DNA of 64,000 nucleotides from Mobula birostris. Lineage: Eukaryota. A program made the position numbers and the translations under genes. Within the stretch, counting starts at the first letter, position 1. Each line of letters starts with the position of its first letter. Positions 61,577-64,000 of the stretch are shown in pieces. Below the pieces are notes generated by a model, which was not told where the DNA came from, made no database searches, and was given only the letters and a program-made list of their open reading frames with translations. Location of the stretch: contig NC_092379.1 in assembly GCF_030028105.1 (NCBI RefSeq), forward strand, positions 25,475,821 to 25,539,820, read 5' to 3'.

Positions 61577-64000
61577 TGTTGTAGTGTATCAGGATCAAGG
61601 TTCAAGGCTGAGCGCCGTCGTGTTTGTCAGCCGGAGCCTGTCGCCCTCCGAGAGAGAGAGAGAGAGAGAAAAACTGCCCCACACACAATTTGAAATTTCT
61701 GGCGTTGAAATAGGCGGTGGTGGATAAGGTTAGTGCCTACCTCTACGGGGCAAGTTTGAGGTGAGGACGGCCAACAACCCTTAACTTCCATCGTGAATTC
61801 GGCGAAACTGGATGCCAGAGGCCATCGGTGATTGGCGGCTTTCTCTGCCGATGATTTCAGCCTGAAGTAACGGCCAGGAAGCAGAGACGTTTATGGTGAC
61901 GCTTTGCTCCGACGGGCACATGAGCGACTGGCCAGGGACGAGGAATGGGAGATCGTTAGTGCCCCGGGCGTGAAGGCCCTGTGTCAGTTGACCATCACCA
62001 TTAAATCAGAGGAAAAGGAGGGGCACGACTGAGAGATGGATTAATGGGGGGATGGTGATGACGCCATCCCCCAATTTATTGTAACCTGACTGCTCTGAAG
62101 ACAAATCAGCTGCCGGTGATGAGTTCCAGGGAAATGGTTGTTGCTCAGCGAGATTATCCGGGCAGTCGTACCATTTTGGCGGCTGTTGAACTGGGAGACA
62201 AGGCTCAGGCGCAGAGGGCGAATTACGCGTCGGTACCTGCATTAATAGGAAAATGGCCTCGGTTGGAGCTGAAGAATCAGATCTTATACCGGGACACGTC
62301 ACCCCCAGACCGATCCCGGCGTTGCCAGCTTGTTCTGCTACGAGACGTACTGGAAAACGGTGTTGAAATCACTTCATGATGATTCTGAACATTTCGGGGT
62401 GGAAAACGACCTATGGATTGCTGAAAGACTGGTTTTACTGGCCCCCAAGAAAGTCGGAAGACCAACAATACTGCAGGTCATGCATACGATGCAAACGGCA
62501 AAAGACACTGCCTACGCGGGCAGCTCCCTTGTCCCACCTGCAGAGTGCTGGGCCTCTGTACCTGATGTGTAAGGATTTGCTGTCAATAGAATCCGACGTC
62601 AGCAACACGGTGATATAGTTTAGTCACCACGGGCCACTACACCAGATATCTCAGGAATTTTCTAACAAGAACCGGTGGGCGTCAACGGTGGCGAAGGCGT
62701 TCTGAGAGAAGTATTTCATTCATTATGACCTCGCCAGGCGAATACAGCGTGAGAGGCGACGGAATTTGGAGAGTAGACTCTTCCGTGAGTCACTGGGCAT
62801 GCTTGGATTCCAGAAGACGAGGGCATCGCTGTATCATTCACAGGGTGATCTCCAGCTAGAGCGGTTTCAAGGGACTTTGCTAGACTTGCTCGCGACACTG
62901 GAGATCAGCAAGATGCGCAGTTGGAGGCAACATATTGGCATCTGGCTCAGAGTTATAAGTGTACACGAAATAAAGCTACTGGGTCAGTCAGTCAGTCAGT
63001 GGATGCCGTCCCGAACCCGGGGTTGGTGGCTAAGCATCTCAATCTTCTTCGATATTGCGATTGCTGCTGGGTACTCGGCATATTTTCTGATGTTTAGGAG
63101 CGAGGAAAGTTTGCGCATTGACCTTTGTTTTGGGACTGACTAGGGGGACTTACCACTGAAGACTATCTGAAGTATGTGTCTGACATAAGAAGAGAGTCGA
63201 AATGGGCTTATGAATTAGTTGGTGTCGCAGCTACCCAGCAGAATGAAGGGACTAAGGGAAGGTATGTTCAAAAGGTAAGGTCACGCATCTCTTGCCGAGA
63301 CCCAGAGTTCTCATAAGGAATTTGGTGCTACCTGGAAAGCTAAAGGTGGCTGTCCGCTGGGCGGCTACGCTCTATGCGCCCTATGCGCTGGAGAGTCAGA
63401 TGCTAAACTAGTTTTCCGGGTGAAACCACAGGATGGGAATGGTCCTGTCAAAATTATCTATTGGAACATCCTGTTGCCTCTGAATTGACCCAGAGCCAGA
63501 CATGGAGCCTACACCTAGTAAGAGGTCCATTCGGAAACGCGGGGTGTCTAGCGGGCCCAAATAAGCGAGGTAAGGGCGGCCCCCACACCTGAGAGGGATA
63601 CTGATTCGGAGGATGAGGACCTGGATGTGTGCTATATGCTGCAGTTCGCTAACACCCAGTGACTAAGAAAGAGACTACCGACCCTTCTCCGATTGAGACT
63701 GGTGAAATTGTGGGGGAGGGGCTATCCGTGACAGCCTAAGTTACAGCGGGACTCTGCAGGTGAGGAAGCGGGTTTTGATCACAGAACAGTGGGCTCCGAT
63801 TTGCGGGTGGGCACGACTGATAGACCGGGGGAGGCCTCAGCAGGTGAACTGGAAATATCCACAGTAGTTTCGGAACCTGAAGAGTTAGACGTTGTGTTGC
63901 GGAGTTCTCAGAGAATTAGGAGAATTAAGTAGGCTGGCCTATGTTGCACCAGGTTAACAGAGTGTGACCGCGTACTGTATTGAGTAGCTATCTCATTGGC
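61577..64000 (+). mobile_element. Ty3/Gypsy element, internally deleted: LTR/PBS-like start, RNase H end, integrase
   Basis: KLDARGHR.LAA...FSLK.RPG; LHDD..HFG...DWFYWP...YCRSCIRC (HHCC); ESRLF...YHSQGDLQLERF; terminal RSSQRIRR. Frameshifted. Confidence 0.85.

Noticed and set aside
1-64000. D segments, canonical J segments and C exons
   Set aside because: A visual scan found only one full RSS (12723-12761), no FGxG plus donor with RSS, and no C1-set exon.

Overview
Vertebrate, repeat-dominated genomic DNA, most likely a cartilaginous fish (probably a ray; inferred from the CR1/Penelope repeat types and the V-gene types, not proven). By eye, most of the window is decayed retroelements: many CR1 LINEs, an L1 with a 16-bp TSD, Rex1, L2, an R4/Dong-like scrap, Penelope-like ends carrying hammerhead-ribozyme motifs, a chromodomain Gypsy, a Gmr1-type Gypsy with integrase upstream of RT, another Gypsy integrase and three related LTRs with internal minisatellites. 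The host content is a piece of an antigen-receptor V region, all on the minus strand. It comprises one intact TCR alpha/delta-type V gene (leader 13629-13674, V exon 12762-13063, canonical 23-bp RSS), one related V pseudogene split by a Rex1 fragment (26161-27287) and one or two heavily decayed segments resembling IgNAR/NAR-TCR V domains (about 41850-42407 and, more weakly, 47793-47994). The order is compatible with a decayed NAR-TCR cassette beside conventional V genes, but that is inference. No D, convincing J or C exon was found. Repeat boundaries are approximate, and all protein comparisons were made by eye against remembered consensus sequences.
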